Source: an uncultured Mesoaciditoga sp. (GTDB lineage: Bacteria > Thermotogota > Thermotogae > Mesoaciditogales > Mesoaciditogaceae). From it: a stretch of DNA of 64,000 nt. The DNA lies in NCBI GenBank assembly GCA_964433875.1, contig CAYSSO010000004.1, positions 22,233 to 86,232 of the forward strand, in the 5' to 3' direction. The translations under genes and the position numbers were made by a program. The notes beneath the pieces are model-generated. The model was not told the origin of the DNA, searched no databases, and worked only from the letters and a program-made list of their open reading frames with translations. The stretch's first letter is position 1; each line of letters opens with the position of its first letter. Positions 27,943-36,973 of this stretch are shown here, in pieces.

Positions 27943-27964
27943 ATCACAAAAAATACTTTGTGAT
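27943..27964. promoter_or_regulatory. inverted repeat (possible operator or leader hairpin) downstream of the apt -10 element
   Basis: ATCACAAA-N6-TTTGTGAT. It lies between the candidate -10 (27975-27983) and the apt SD. Confidence 0.4.
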
Positions 27965-27974
27965 AAACGAGATA

Positions 27975-27983
27975 ATTATACCA
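27975..27983 (-). promoter_or_regulatory. candidate extended -10 element for the apt-pgi-rnf transcript
   Basis: TGgTATAAT on the minus strand. The -35 region is weak and overlaps a second inverted repeat, AATGCTTT-N6-AAAGCATT (27989-28010). Confidence 0.45.
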
Positions 27984-28181
27984 GTTTTAATGCTTTTTTA
28001 AGAAAGCATTCTCCAACAGAAGTGGGGAAATTCCTGCTTAAAAAGGGTTAAAATCTTTGATCAAGCAAAAGTCCATCCGGGTAGTTCCTAAATTTAAATC
28101 ATAAGTTAATACAAAATTCAATAATACAAAAGTAAAAAGTTCAAAAATGAATTATATGATATTGAAATGGAGGGTGAAAGA

Positions 28182-28646
28182 ATGAAGCGTGAAGTTCCAG
28201 AAGATCTCTTGATGGCTTATTCTGCCTTTTCGAAGATCGTCTTTAAGAGTTTTGATTACTCCAAAACAAAACTCCCAAAGACATCTGCATCCATTCTTAT
28301 CTTTATGAGAAGGCATTCCCAAAATCGTGCGCAGATGTCTGAAATAGAAAACAAATATGGATTCGTCAAAAGTACAATTACAGCGGCAACAGACGTGCTT
28401 GTCAGGGAAGGCTATGTTAAAAGATACAGAACTGATGAGGACAGAAGGGCTGTTTTCATAGAGTTAACTGAAAAGGGAATGGAAAAGGCGGCCGAGATAG
28501 AAAAGAGTATGAAAGAATATGTCAATGAAAAATTGAGCGTACTTTCTGACGAACAATTTGAAAAACTTCTTGATGCCTTTTCAATAATAAAAGAAAGTGC
28601 CGAAATTTTAAAAAATTTCGAAATCAATAGTAAAAAGGAGGAATAA
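28182..28646 (+). CDS. MarR-family transcriptional regulator
   Basis: Winged-helix region SEIENKYGFVKSTITAATDVLVREGYVKRYRTDEDRRAVFIELTEKG. I chose ATG 28182, preceded by GGAGGGTGAAAGA. Confidence 0.85.
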   Translation: MKREVPEDLLMAYSAFSKIVFKSFDYSKTKLPKTSASILIFMRRHSQNRAQMSEIENKYGFVKSTITAATDVLVREGYVKRYRTDEDRRAVFIELTEKGMEKAAEIEKSMKEYVNEKLSVLSDEQFEKLLDAFSIIKESAEILKNFEINSKKEE

Positions 28647-28648
28647 TC

Positions 28649-29323
28649 GTGGAGATAACAAATGGCATTCACCTTGTAGATGGTACAAATGCCAACGTTT
28701 ACATCATTTTGGGAGATAATTTGACGGTGATAGATACAGGTATGCCCGGTCAGTTAAACAAAATCGTCGATTACGTAAAATCGATTGGCAAGAACCCTTC
28801 CGACATTTCAAAAATAGTTCTTACACACTGTCATGTTGATCATATAGGAAATGCCTATGAATTGAAAAAAATAACCGGTGCAATGCTGTACGTTCACGAA
28901 AAGGAAGCCCCGTACGTAGCCGGAAAAGAAAAACTTCCATCGCCCAAAGGATTTACAGGTGCCGCGATGAAAGTCGCTTCCACATTCATGAAGGTGAAGT
29001 ACGTTGAACCGGATTTCTTGATCAAAGAAGGAGACAATGTAGATGATCTTGTCGTTATTCACAATCCGGGCCATACGCCCGGTAGCATCTCGCTCTACAG
29101 CAAAGAAAGAAAGGTAATCTTTGTTGGAGACGAATTGAGATACATAGATGGAAAGATTCAAGGCCCTCCGGAACAATTCACACCGGATATGGATCTGGCG
29201 ATAAGGTCTATGGAAAAACTCACAAAGATCGAGTACGATATCATGTTAAGCGGTCACGGAATGCCGCTAAAGACTAACGCATCGGAAAAGGTCAAAGAAT
29301 TTTACAAAACGCTTAGAAGGTGA
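28649..29323 (+). CDS. MBL-fold metallo-hydrolase
   Basis: THCHVDHIGN (HxHxDH), later NPGHTPGS and SGHG. GTG start 3 nt after the marR stop. Confidence 0.85.
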   Translation: MEITNGIHLVDGTNANVYIILGDNLTVIDTGMPGQLNKIVDYVKSIGKNPSDISKIVLTHCHVDHIGNAYELKKITGAMLYVHEKEAPYVAGKEKLPSPKGFTGAAMKVASTFMKVKYVEPDFLIKEGDNVDDLVVIHNPGHTPGSISLYSKERKVIFVGDELRYIDGKIQGPPEQFTPDMDLAIRSMEKLTKIEYDIMLSGHGMPLKTNASEKVKEFYKTLRR

Positions 29324-29327
29324 TAGA

Positions 29328-30788
29328 ATGAAAATTCAGTATAAATGGCTTGCTCTTTCGGCCACAAGTCTTGGCCTTTTGCTTGGCATTATGACGGGAA
29401 CTGCGCTTTTGATAGCCCTTCCCAACATTGCCGAGGGTCTTAACGCCCCAATGATAATAATAATATGGGTTTTGATGAGTTATATGTTGTCGACAACAGT
29501 CCTTGTTCCTTCGATTGGGCGTGTTGCGGATATGATAGGAAGAAAAAGATTGTTCGTGCTTGGCGCCGCGATTTTTACCATCGCATCGCTTTTTGCCGGT
29601 CTTTCTCAGAGCGGTATCGAACTTCTTATAATGAGAATTATTCAATCTGTTGGTGGATCGTTGATGATGGCAAACAGTACGGCAATAGTTACAGACGCCT
29701 TCCCACGGGGAGAACTCGGAATGGCGCTTGGGATAAACGGAATGGTCCTTGCGGTTGGCTCCGCTTTTGGTCCAATAATAGGAGGATTGCTGACTACGGC
29801 CATCGGATGGAGATGGATCTTTTACATGAATGTGCCATTTGGAGCGCTTGTAACGATATGGGCATGGATTCAGATAAAGGACATAGCCCCAATACCTAAA
29901 GGAGAAAAGTTCGACTGGCTTGGTGCTGTATCTTTCACGTCAGGCATGTTCTTTTTACTTTACGCTTTAACCGATGGGGGCTTTGGTGGATGGACATCTC
30001 CGATTGTAATAACCTTCTTTATTCTCTCGGCTATCCTTATACCTTTGTTTGTTTACATAGAGTCCAAAGTAAAGTACCCGATGCTGGATCTGAAACTTTT
30101 TAAGACAAGGGTACAGGTATTTGCGTACAGTTCCAATTTGATGAATGGAATTGCAAGAGGAGCCTTAATGTTTTTGCTAATCTTTTACCTCCTCGGCATC
30201 AAGAACATGGATCCATTTACCGCGAGTATTTATCTGATACCATTTGCCGTTGCCATGATGGTGATGGCGCCCATAAGTGGAAGACTTTCTGATAAATATG
30301 GATCGAGAATATTAAGCACTCTTGGGCTTTTGGTAACCGGCATCGGTCTTCTTGGATTTTCAATCTTTACAAGGGTTGATATGTCAATTGCAGAAATTAT
30401 AATATGGGGAAGTGTTGTGGGATTTGGATCGGGTATGTTTAACTCCCCAAATACGAATACGATAATGAGTATGGTACCTCCAGAGAGAAGAGGCATAGCG
30501 GCCGGCACAAGAACAATGATGAACAATGCAGGTTCTCTTGTAAGCATTGCAATGGCTTTCGCGATTCTTTCTTCGGGACTTACTCCTCAAGCAATGGATG
30601 CGCTCTTCATAGGCGCGCAGATTGGAGGAAAGGGTATATTTGTCGATACTTTCATCTCTGATTTGCGTCTTGCATTTCTCATATCTTTCATAATAAGCAT
30701 TGGCGCAGCCATTATCTCTTACATGAGAGGGCCTACCCCGGTCTGGAAAGATTCAACTTCATCTCTGTCGAGAGAAAAGGTAAAATGA
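29328..30788 (+). CDS. MFS transporter, DHA2 (EmrB/QacA-like, 14-TM) drug:H+ antiporter type
   Basis: 486 aa with about 14 helices. Motif A GRVADMIGRKRLF. The length and layout are typical of DHA2. Confidence 0.8.
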   Translation: MKIQYKWLALSATSLGLLLGIMTGTALLIALPNIAEGLNAPMIIIIWVLMSYMLSTTVLVPSIGRVADMIGRKRLFVLGAAIFTIASLFAGLSQSGIELLIMRIIQSVGGSLMMANSTAIVTDAFPRGELGMALGINGMVLAVGSAFGPIIGGLLTTAIGWRWIFYMNVPFGALVTIWAWIQIKDIAPIPKGEKFDWLGAVSFTSGMFFLLYALTDGGFGGWTSPIVITFFILSAILIPLFVYIESKVKYPMLDLKLFKTRVQVFAYSSNLMNGIARGALMFLLIFYLLGIKNMDPFTASIYLIPFAVAMMVMAPISGRLSDKYGSRILSTLGLLVTGIGLLGFSIFTRVDMSIAEIIIWGSVVGFGSGMFNSPNTNTIMSMVPPERRGIAAGTRTMMNNAGSLVSIAMAFAILSSGLTPQAMDALFIGAQIGGKGIFVDTFISDLRLAFLISFIISIGAAIISYMRGPTPVWKDSTSSLSREKVK

Positions 30789-30820
30789 GATAAAATGTCT
30801 CTAACTTTACTTTGAATCAT

Positions 30821-30850
30821 CGCTAACAATTGTTAATAGCGAATATTTGT
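30821..30850 (+). terminator. weak candidate terminator or palindrome after the DHA2 gene
   Basis: cgcta-acaattgttaa-tagcg followed by the T-rich aatatttgt. The stem is short, so this is tentative. Confidence 0.25.
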
Positions 30851-31061
30851 GGCCCGTAGCACGTAGAAAAGAGATTGGGGATCAGAGGTTAGGGAAATTC
30901 GTGACGCTAAGGCGATCTTCAGAAATTCTTCACTGATCGGGGCATACTGGCCTCTGTGAAACCTTAATCTCTTACATGCTATAAGGTATCCTGGGATTTA
31001 TTGTTAGATCTATGATTCGGTTAAATTTTATTGTCTTGTTTATGTACGTTTTGGAGTGATT

Positions 31062-32243
31062 ATGAAAAAATGGCTGAATAGGAATCTCTCATTGCTTATT
31101 GTAAGCAGATTTTTAAGAAGTGTTGCCCAGGCATCATTGACGATCATCGTCCCTATATATCTTTCAAAATTGGGCTTTTCCGGCATCCAAATAGGATTAG
31201 CCTTCACTTTATCAGTTATTGTCGGTATGATCTTCTCAATAGGCGTTGGGTTCTTTGCCGATAAACATGGAAGAAAACTCGTTATCCTCGTCATGACCAT
31301 TATAAACGCGATAAGCGTAGCTGGCTTTTTCTTTACAACAAATTTTTTGCCTTTGATCTTTTTCGTATCTATAGGCACCATAAGAGGCGGAGGAGGTGGC
31401 GGTGCTGCTGGCGCTGCCCAGCAGGCACTTATAGCGGAAAGTGCCGATTCAAAATTTCGGAATAATGTCTTTGGAATATTTTCATTCTTTGGAGCGTTAG
31501 GAAGTACGATCGGATATGGTCTTACGGCATTTCTTCCATACATTTCGAATATCTTTAAAGATGGATGGCGCAGTGAATATCTGTTTTTAATGGGGATCGC
31601 ATTTCTCATCTACATTTCCACATTCTTTATAACGTTATTCGTTCATGAAGACAAAAACAGGCCAAGGCGTCAAAATGCTTTTAAATTCTCGTGGAAATTA
31701 CTTGGAAAATTCTCTATCACGAATGCTGTAAATGGCCTTGGAACTGGATTTTTCAGCGGACCGATCCTTGTGTATTGGTTCTTTGCAAGGTACGGTGCCG
31801 GTCCGGAATTAATAAGCGTAATTTACGTCTTTTCTAATATTGCACGGGCCATTTCTTCTGTACTCTCTGCTCGCCTTGCGAATTTTTTTGGCACCGTTAA
31901 AACCATAGTTGGGGTAAGGATAATTGGCGCAATAGCCCTTGTATTTATGGCTTTAATGCCAACATTTTTACTTGCGGGTATCTTTTACCTTTTGAGAATG
32001 TTTTTCGTTTCTGCCGGCATACCTCTTAGGCAATCATTCACAATGGGACAGGCGAAAGAGGAAGAAAGAGCCTCAATAGCGGCGCTTAGCAACTTGCCAC
32101 AACAGATAACTTCTTCAATTGGCCCTGCCGCAAGCGGATACTTTATGGATTATTCAATGATGGAAATGCCTATATTCATTGCCGCGATTTTCCAATTTGC
32201 CAATGCAGCGCTTTACTGGCATTTTTTCAAAAATTCAGAATAA
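31062..32243 (+). CDS. MFS transporter
   Basis: About 393 aa with 12 helices. Motif A GFFADKHGRKLVIL. I chose ATG 31062, preceded by GGAGTG. It contains an unusual GGGGGGAAGAAQQ tract. Confidence 0.8.
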   Translation: MKKWLNRNLSLLIVSRFLRSVAQASLTIIVPIYLSKLGFSGIQIGLAFTLSVIVGMIFSIGVGFFADKHGRKLVILVMTIINAISVAGFFFTTNFLPLIFFVSIGTIRGGGGGGAAGAAQQALIAESADSKFRNNVFGIFSFFGALGSTIGYGLTAFLPYISNIFKDGWRSEYLFLMGIAFLIYISTFFITLFVHEDKNRPRRQNAFKFSWKLLGKFSITNAVNGLGTGFFSGPILVYWFFARYGAGPELISVIYVFSNIARAISSVLSARLANFFGTVKTIVGVRIIGAIALVFMALMPTFLLAGIFYLLRMFFVSAGIPLRQSFTMGQAKEEERASIAALSNLPQQITSSIGPAASGYFMDYSMMEMPIFIAAIFQFANAALYWHFFKNSE

Positions 32244-32262
32244 ATTTTGGAGACTGAAAAAT

Positions 32263-32291
32263 TTGAATCTTTAGGATATTTCACCTATGAG
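32263..32291 (+). promoter_or_regulatory. candidate sigma70-type promoter at the head of the flagellar operon
   Basis: TTGAAT (32263-32268), a 17-nt spacer, then TATGAG (32286-32291). It lies 29 nt upstream of ATG 32320. Confidence 0.3.
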
Positions 32292-32319
32292 ATTGAATTA
32301 TATTTCAGGAGGGAAATGG

Positions 32320-32964
32320 ATGGCCAAAAAACGCGGGCTTTTGATTTTTTGGGTTTTCCTTATCATTTTTACATTTCTTATACTTTCAGTCGGGATAAAT
32401 TATTTCTATTTCGAGATGAACAAACTTCAGATGTACGGAGTTACTCCTTTTGTAGATGTTAAAAGTTATGCCGCCTCGATACTTAAGATGGTTCCATTTA
32501 TTGGAAATAGCGTAAAGTATGAACCTTTGAGAGTCATTCCGTACCAGACTCTTTTAGAGTCAAGGATAAACGCGTTTCAAAATGTTTTAAACACGCAAGA
32601 GGCTTCTTTGGAGGCGAAAGAGATCCAGATCGCAAAAACTCAAGTTCAATTGGCATCATTGCAGGCCTCTCTTAAGGCTTCTCAAATCGCCTTCGAAAGA
32701 CAGGTTCAGCAATTCAACGCGCAGGTTGCGGAATACCAAAGTTATCAAAAGAGAATTCAGACACTCGATCAATGGATAACAAACAGCAATCCATCACAAA
32801 TTGGACGCATTATTGCGACTTCGAATCTACCGATCAATGTCATTGTAGATGCGATGGTAAACCTCTCTCCACAGGTTGCGGGATCTGTGCTTCAGTCCAT
32901 TTCTCAATCGAACCCGGCCATGGCCTCGGCAATAATAGAAAATTTGACAAGGGTGACAAAATGA
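32320..32964 (+). CDS. flagellar-operon protein with TM anchor, coiled coil and MgtE-N-like C-terminal domain (YlxF/FlbB/MotE-like)
   Basis: ATG preceded by AGGAGGG. N-terminal helix, a Q/A-rich coiled coil, then IGRIIATSNLPINVIVDAMVNLSPQVAGSVLQSISQSNPAMASAIIENL. Its position before fliK matches ylxF in Firmicute fla operons. Confidence 0.55.
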   Translation: MAKKRGLLIFWVFLIIFTFLILSVGINYFYFEMNKLQMYGVTPFVDVKSYAASILKMVPFIGNSVKYEPLRVIPYQTLLESRINAFQNVLNTQEASLEAKEIQIAKTQVQLASLQASLKASQIAFERQVQQFNAQVAEYQSYQKRIQTLDQWITNSNPSQIGRIIATSNLPINVIVDAMVNLSPQVAGSVLQSISQSNPAMASAIIENLTRVTK

Positions 32965-34544
32965 ATCCCGTAAGTATGGATGTCAATCGAATCGAAGATC
33001 ATGCCGGAAAAAGCAAGAATTTGAAGGGGTCTATCTTTGAAATTCCTTTGGCATCTGATAAAGATAAAAAAGATAATGTCAAAGATAAGGCCGATATTCA
33101 TTTACTTTCGATTTTATCTTCAGAGAATAAAATCAAAGAGAATGACGGATCACCAAAAGACACAGATTCTGGATCGAAAATCGGAAAAAGATCGGAAAAA
33201 GATAAGAACAATTCTGACAAAGATCGGCAAAAATTAAATAAAGATACCACCGAGGTACCTTTGGCTAATTACTTCATTTCAAAAGAACCATCTCAAATTG
33301 CAGTTCCAAATTCAGAAGATAAAATCCAAAGTATCAAGGATCCAAAAAAAGTTAAAGATCCTCAAGAAATTGAGAAGGATAAAATGCCAGACAATCATAA
33401 AGAGGTTAGGGTTCCTCCTCTTACCAATGATTCAGGGATTGATCTCGATCAAATTGAAAATGTCAAAAACAACGATGCTTTAGGAAAAAGCCCAACCATT
33501 GAATTTAAGCCCTTTCCTCAGATTAACTCGGACGTACAGGCGTCTTCAAAAGATGCAATTTCGTCCGATAAAATCATCGATTCAGAAAAATTCTCATCGA
33601 AAAGTTCTCTTGATCCTTCCGTTAATTCTTTCCCAGTTCAGAAAACAAATTTAAAGAAAAACAACCAAACAAAGACGAAAGATACCAAAGCACAGATAAA
33701 TGAGGCCAGGTCACAGAATGAGGCCAAAACACAGATTTCTTCCAGAGTCTCTCAGGTGCAAATCAGAGATGACAAAGCAAGAGATAGCGTCTCTACAGAC
33801 GGTAATGATTCAAAGGTCCTTTCTTATCAAGACGTCCATTTTACTTCTTCTGATCCTTCAGACCGTTTAAACCTTAATTTGAAAAATTTTGTCACGGAAA
33901 ACAAAAATGTCGATTCAAAGCAGGTCCAAATTCAAACTAACCTTTCAGACATGTCGAATTCTAACAATGCGCCGGATCAGAAACTCTTCGATACCGTAAA
34001 TGTAAAGATCCAAAACTTGGTCAAAGAAAATTTCACAGGCCAGAATTTCAAAATAGAAATCGACGGGAAAAAGGTGAATTACAATTTTAACGATGCGCGA
34101 ATTTACGCATCATTGCCACAATCTTCAAGAGGGGAGAACTTCAAAGAAACAAATGTACCAGATAAAAGTGAGGGGCCCGTTTCAAAAATAACGGATTTTA
34201 TCGTTAAATCTTTGAAGGAGCAAAAATTACCGGTTAGGGTCGAGATTCAACTTAATCCTCCTTCTTTGGGAAAGATTGAAATTTCTCTTACGGAGGATGG
34301 AGGAAAGACAACGTTGATAATCAATTCGGCGAATGATAAAACACAAGAAATGTTAAAAAACGCGATTCCAGTTATAGTTGACAGACTTTCCAATTTGAAT
34401 TTCAACATCGTAAATGTACAGGTGAATGGCCAGGAATTGTATCAGAACAATTCAAACGGAGACAGCCAAAGGAAAGATGAAAGAGATAGAAAATCAAATC
34501 AGGAAAAGGAAAAATTCGGTGAACTGTTCAAAAAGGAGGTGTGA
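32961..34544 (+). CDS. fliK: flagellar hook-length control protein FliK
   Basis: C-terminal Flg_hook domain LPVRVEIQLNPPSLGKIEISLTEDGGKTTLIINSANDKTQEMLKNAIPVIVDRL. The N-terminal region is long and K/D/S/N-rich. ATG 32961 overlaps the upstream stop (ATGA). Confidence 0.85.
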   Translation: MNPVSMDVNRIEDHAGKSKNLKGSIFEIPLASDKDKKDNVKDKADIHLLSILSSENKIKENDGSPKDTDSGSKIGKRSEKDKNNSDKDRQKLNKDTTEVPLANYFISKEPSQIAVPNSEDKIQSIKDPKKVKDPQEIEKDKMPDNHKEVRVPPLTNDSGIDLDQIENVKNNDALGKSPTIEFKPFPQINSDVQASSKDAISSDKIIDSEKFSSKSSLDPSVNSFPVQKTNLKKNNQTKTKDTKAQINEARSQNEAKTQISSRVSQVQIRDDKARDSVSTDGNDSKVLSYQDVHFTSSDPSDRLNLNLKNFVTENKNVDSKQVQIQTNLSDMSNSNNAPDQKLFDTVNVKIQNLVKENFTGQNFKIEIDGKKVNYNFNDARIYASLPQSSRGENFKETNVPDKSEGPVSKITDFIVKSLKEQKLPVRVEIQLNPPSLGKIEISLTEDGGKTTLIINSANDKTQEMLKNAIPVIVDRLSNLNFNIVNVQVNGQELYQNNSNGDSQRKDERDRKSNQEKEKFGELFKKEV

Positions 34545-34546
34545 TT

Positions 34547-35251
34547 TTGTTAAGCGTAAATCAAATTAATCCGACTATATCTGTTGGCAGCGTTAATACA
34601 ACTCAAAACGTTAGCGGATCTTCAAACCAACTCGGAGAAAATGCCTTTTTAAAATTGCTCGTGACCCAACTTCAAAATCAGGATCCTTTAAATCCGATGG
34701 ATAACACTCAATTCGTCTCACAACTCGCTCAGTTTACGGCTCTTGAACAGACGACGAATCTCGCCAAAGCATTTACGAATTTTCAGAATAATTTCTCAAA
34801 CTTCGTCCAGTTGCAGTCCGCGTCTTTGATAGGAAAGACCGTCTCAACCCAGAACAACACGGTCGACGTTATTGCCGGCCAGCCGGGCCAGATCGGCTTT
34901 AATCTTCCATCAGATGCTTACGTTACTCTCAAAATAACAGATTCAAATGGAAATACCGTAAACACCATAAAAATCGGCCAGATGAGTGCCGGCATGCATA
35001 CTTATCAATGGAATGGACTCAACTCAAATGGAATTCAGGTCCAGGATGGAACCTACAATTATCAGATACAGGCTTTAGAATCAGATGGCACTCAGTTACT
35101 TCTTAGCGGCACAAATTCGGGAGTAGTTCAATCTGTTCAAATAGAAAACGGCCAGGTTTACGTGATCGTAAATGGAACGGCCTATCCAGTTTCTCAGATA
35201 ACCCAAATTTCTTCAGGTAGCGCTACATCTAATACGGGAGTGATTTTATGA
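34547..35251 (+). CDS. flgD: flagellar hook capping/assembly protein FlgD
   Basis: FLKLLVTQLQNQDPLNPMDNTQFVSQLAQFTALEQ, then an Ig-like FlgD C-terminal part. TTG 34547 lies 7 nt after AGGAGG. Confidence 0.9.
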   Translation: MLSVNQINPTISVGSVNTTQNVSGSSNQLGENAFLKLLVTQLQNQDPLNPMDNTQFVSQLAQFTALEQTTNLAKAFTNFQNNFSNFVQLQSASLIGKTVSTQNNTVDVIAGQPGQIGFNLPSDAYVTLKITDSNGNTVNTIKIGQMSAGMHTYQWNGLNSNGIQVQDGTYNYQIQALESDGTQLLLSGTNSGVVQSVQIENGQVYVIVNGTAYPVSQITQISSGSATSNTGVIL

Positions 35252-36972
35252 GAGCACTTTACAGTGGAATAAGTGGCCTTGAAGGCATGCAAACGGAGAT
35301 GGATGTCATTGGAAATAACATCGCAAACTCCAATACAGTAGGATTTAAAGCATCTCGTGTTACTTTCTCGACGGCGCTTTCACAACTTTTGAGCGCGGCG
35401 AGAGCGCCACAGGGAAACCTCGGAGGTGTCAATCCCACCCAGGTTGGCCTTGGAACACAAATAGCATCGATAGATCAACTCATGACGCAGGGAAGTTTCC
35501 AAAATACCGGAAAGAGCACTGACCTTGCAATTCAAGGAGATGGTTTCTTTATAGTTAACAATGGAAACGGAAATTATTACACAAGGGCCGGAAATTTCAG
35601 CCTCGATCAAAATGGAACACTTGTCCAGGCCGGTACGGGATACAAAGTACTCGGATGGGAATCGACCGTTAGTTCGACAGGACAGAGGTATGTGGATACA
35701 AATGCGCCTATCGCCCCGATTCAAATAAGCGCCAACACAACGATGAACGCGAAGGCAACATCGCAGATGATCGTCGGCGGGAATTTAGATTCTTCGTCGG
35801 GTATCCAGCCAACTACCATAACCGTGACAGACAACAGCGGAAACCAATACACCGTCCAGTTTACCTTTTCTCCGCAAACGACTAATTTTAACCCATTTTC
35901 CACGTCGAGAGTTTACAACTGGACCGCAAAGATCGTTAATGGACCTAATGGATCCGTTGGAAAGACAATATCTGGAAGTATAACCCTTGATCAGTACGGA
36001 AATGTGATAAGCGATTCGGCTAAGAATATTTACATCAGTAATTCAAATGGAACTTATTCTCTTTCGACAACATCTGCAAGCACAACAAGCGGAGCCGCCA
36101 TAACGCTTCCAACATCAGGGCCTATATCCTTTGCCGAGTCAGACAACACTGCAAATACAGTTACGGCAGGATACACAAATCCTGTCTATACGACCTCGAC
36201 TCAAATATACGATTCTCTTGGAAATCCGTACACGATCTATATAGATTTTACCAACCTCGGAACTGTAAGCGGATCCGGCACATCAACTACTTGGGGTACC
36301 GGTACCAATACCGCGTGGGCATGGGATGCGAGGCTTGCAGATGGCACGCCGGTAAATCTTATAACCTCGAGTGGATCTGCAGTGACAGGAAGTAATTTTG
36401 GAATTCTCGAATTCAACTCTTCTGGCAGAATGGTTGGAAATTTTATCCTTAATAACGGTCAACTTACAAATGCAAATGCGCCGACCGGTGTATCCTTTAC
36501 TCCTTCGGACGGAGCGGCTACGGTTAAATCCCAGATCGATTTTACCGCCGTAACGGACATGGCCGGTTCTTCTTCGGCGGCCATAACCCAGCAAAATGGA
36601 AATGCTCAGGGAACCTTACAATCTTTTGCCATAAATCAAAATGGACAGATAATAGGCACTTTCTCGAATGGACTTACAGATACCCTCGGTCAGGTTGCTC
36701 TGGCGAATTTCAACAATCCGTCCGGCCTTAATGCAGTGGGAAATTCGCTCTATTCCGAATCTGCAAACAGCGGTGTTCCTCAAATCGGAACGGCGGGCAC
36801 AGGCGGGCGTGGTACCTTTATACCGGGTGCTCTCGAAATGTCAAATGTAGATCTTGCCCAGGAATTCACCAATATGATAATTGCCGAGAGGAGTTTTGAT
36901 GCGAATGCCCGTGTTATAACAACGGCAGACGCTATGCTATCTCAACTTGATAATTTAAAGCAGACGCCATAA
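35248..36972 (+). CDS. flgE: flagellar hook protein FlgE
   Basis: N-terminal MRALYSGISGL...IANSNTVGFK and C-terminal LEMSNVDLAQEFTNMIIAERSFDANARVITTADAML rod/hook signatures. Large T/S/G/N-rich central domain. Confidence 0.9.
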   Translation: MRALYSGISGLEGMQTEMDVIGNNIANSNTVGFKASRVTFSTALSQLLSAARAPQGNLGGVNPTQVGLGTQIASIDQLMTQGSFQNTGKSTDLAIQGDGFFIVNNGNGNYYTRAGNFSLDQNGTLVQAGTGYKVLGWESTVSSTGQRYVDTNAPIAPIQISANTTMNAKATSQMIVGGNLDSSSGIQPTTITVTDNSGNQYTVQFTFSPQTTNFNPFSTSRVYNWTAKIVNGPNGSVGKTISGSITLDQYGNVISDSAKNIYISNSNGTYSLSTTSASTTSGAAITLPTSGPISFAESDNTANTVTAGYTNPVYTTSTQIYDSLGNPYTIYIDFTNLGTVSGSGTSTTWGTGTNTAWAWDARLADGTPVNLITSSGSAVTGSNFGILEFNSSGRMVGNFILNNGQLTNANAPTGVSFTPSDGAATVKSQIDFTAVTDMAGSSSAAITQQNGNAQGTLQSFAINQNGQIIGTFSNGLTDTLGQVALANFNNPSGLNAVGNSLYSESANSGVPQIGTAGTGGRGTFIPGALEMSNVDLAQEFTNMIIAERSFDANARVITTADAMLSQLDNLKQTP

Positions 36973-36973
36973 C

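Noticed and set aside
30841-30990. A TPP-riboswitch-like string (CTGATCGGGGCATACTGGCC), and a minus-strand open frame of about 50 codons (...GQYAPISEEFLKIALASRISLTSDPQSLFYVLRATNIRY) that might be a gene remnant.
   Set aside because: The region lacks the CUGAGA and ACCC core elements and the pairing scheme of a THI element. The open frame has no ATG, GTG or TTG start and no SD. Its length is within chance expectation for this composition. I kept only a generic finding of an unexplained intergenic region.
32772-32960. The long N-terminal extension of fliK proposed by the ORF track (start at 32772).
   Set aside because: That stretch lies entirely inside the ylxF-like gene in another frame and translates to a Cys/His-rich nonsense-like peptide. 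ATG 32961 forms a typical ATGA stop/start overlap.
33000-34100. Apparent A-rich repetitive DNA (aaagat / aaaaaga motifs) as a tandem repeat or VNTR.
   Set aside because: I found no exact tandem unit. The pattern is codon-level low complexity that encodes the K/D/S/N-rich spacer region of FliK.
35248-36972. Spirochaete-type lysinoalanine cross-linking in FlgE.
   Set aside because: The chemistry requires a conserved Cys. This FlgE contains no cysteine.
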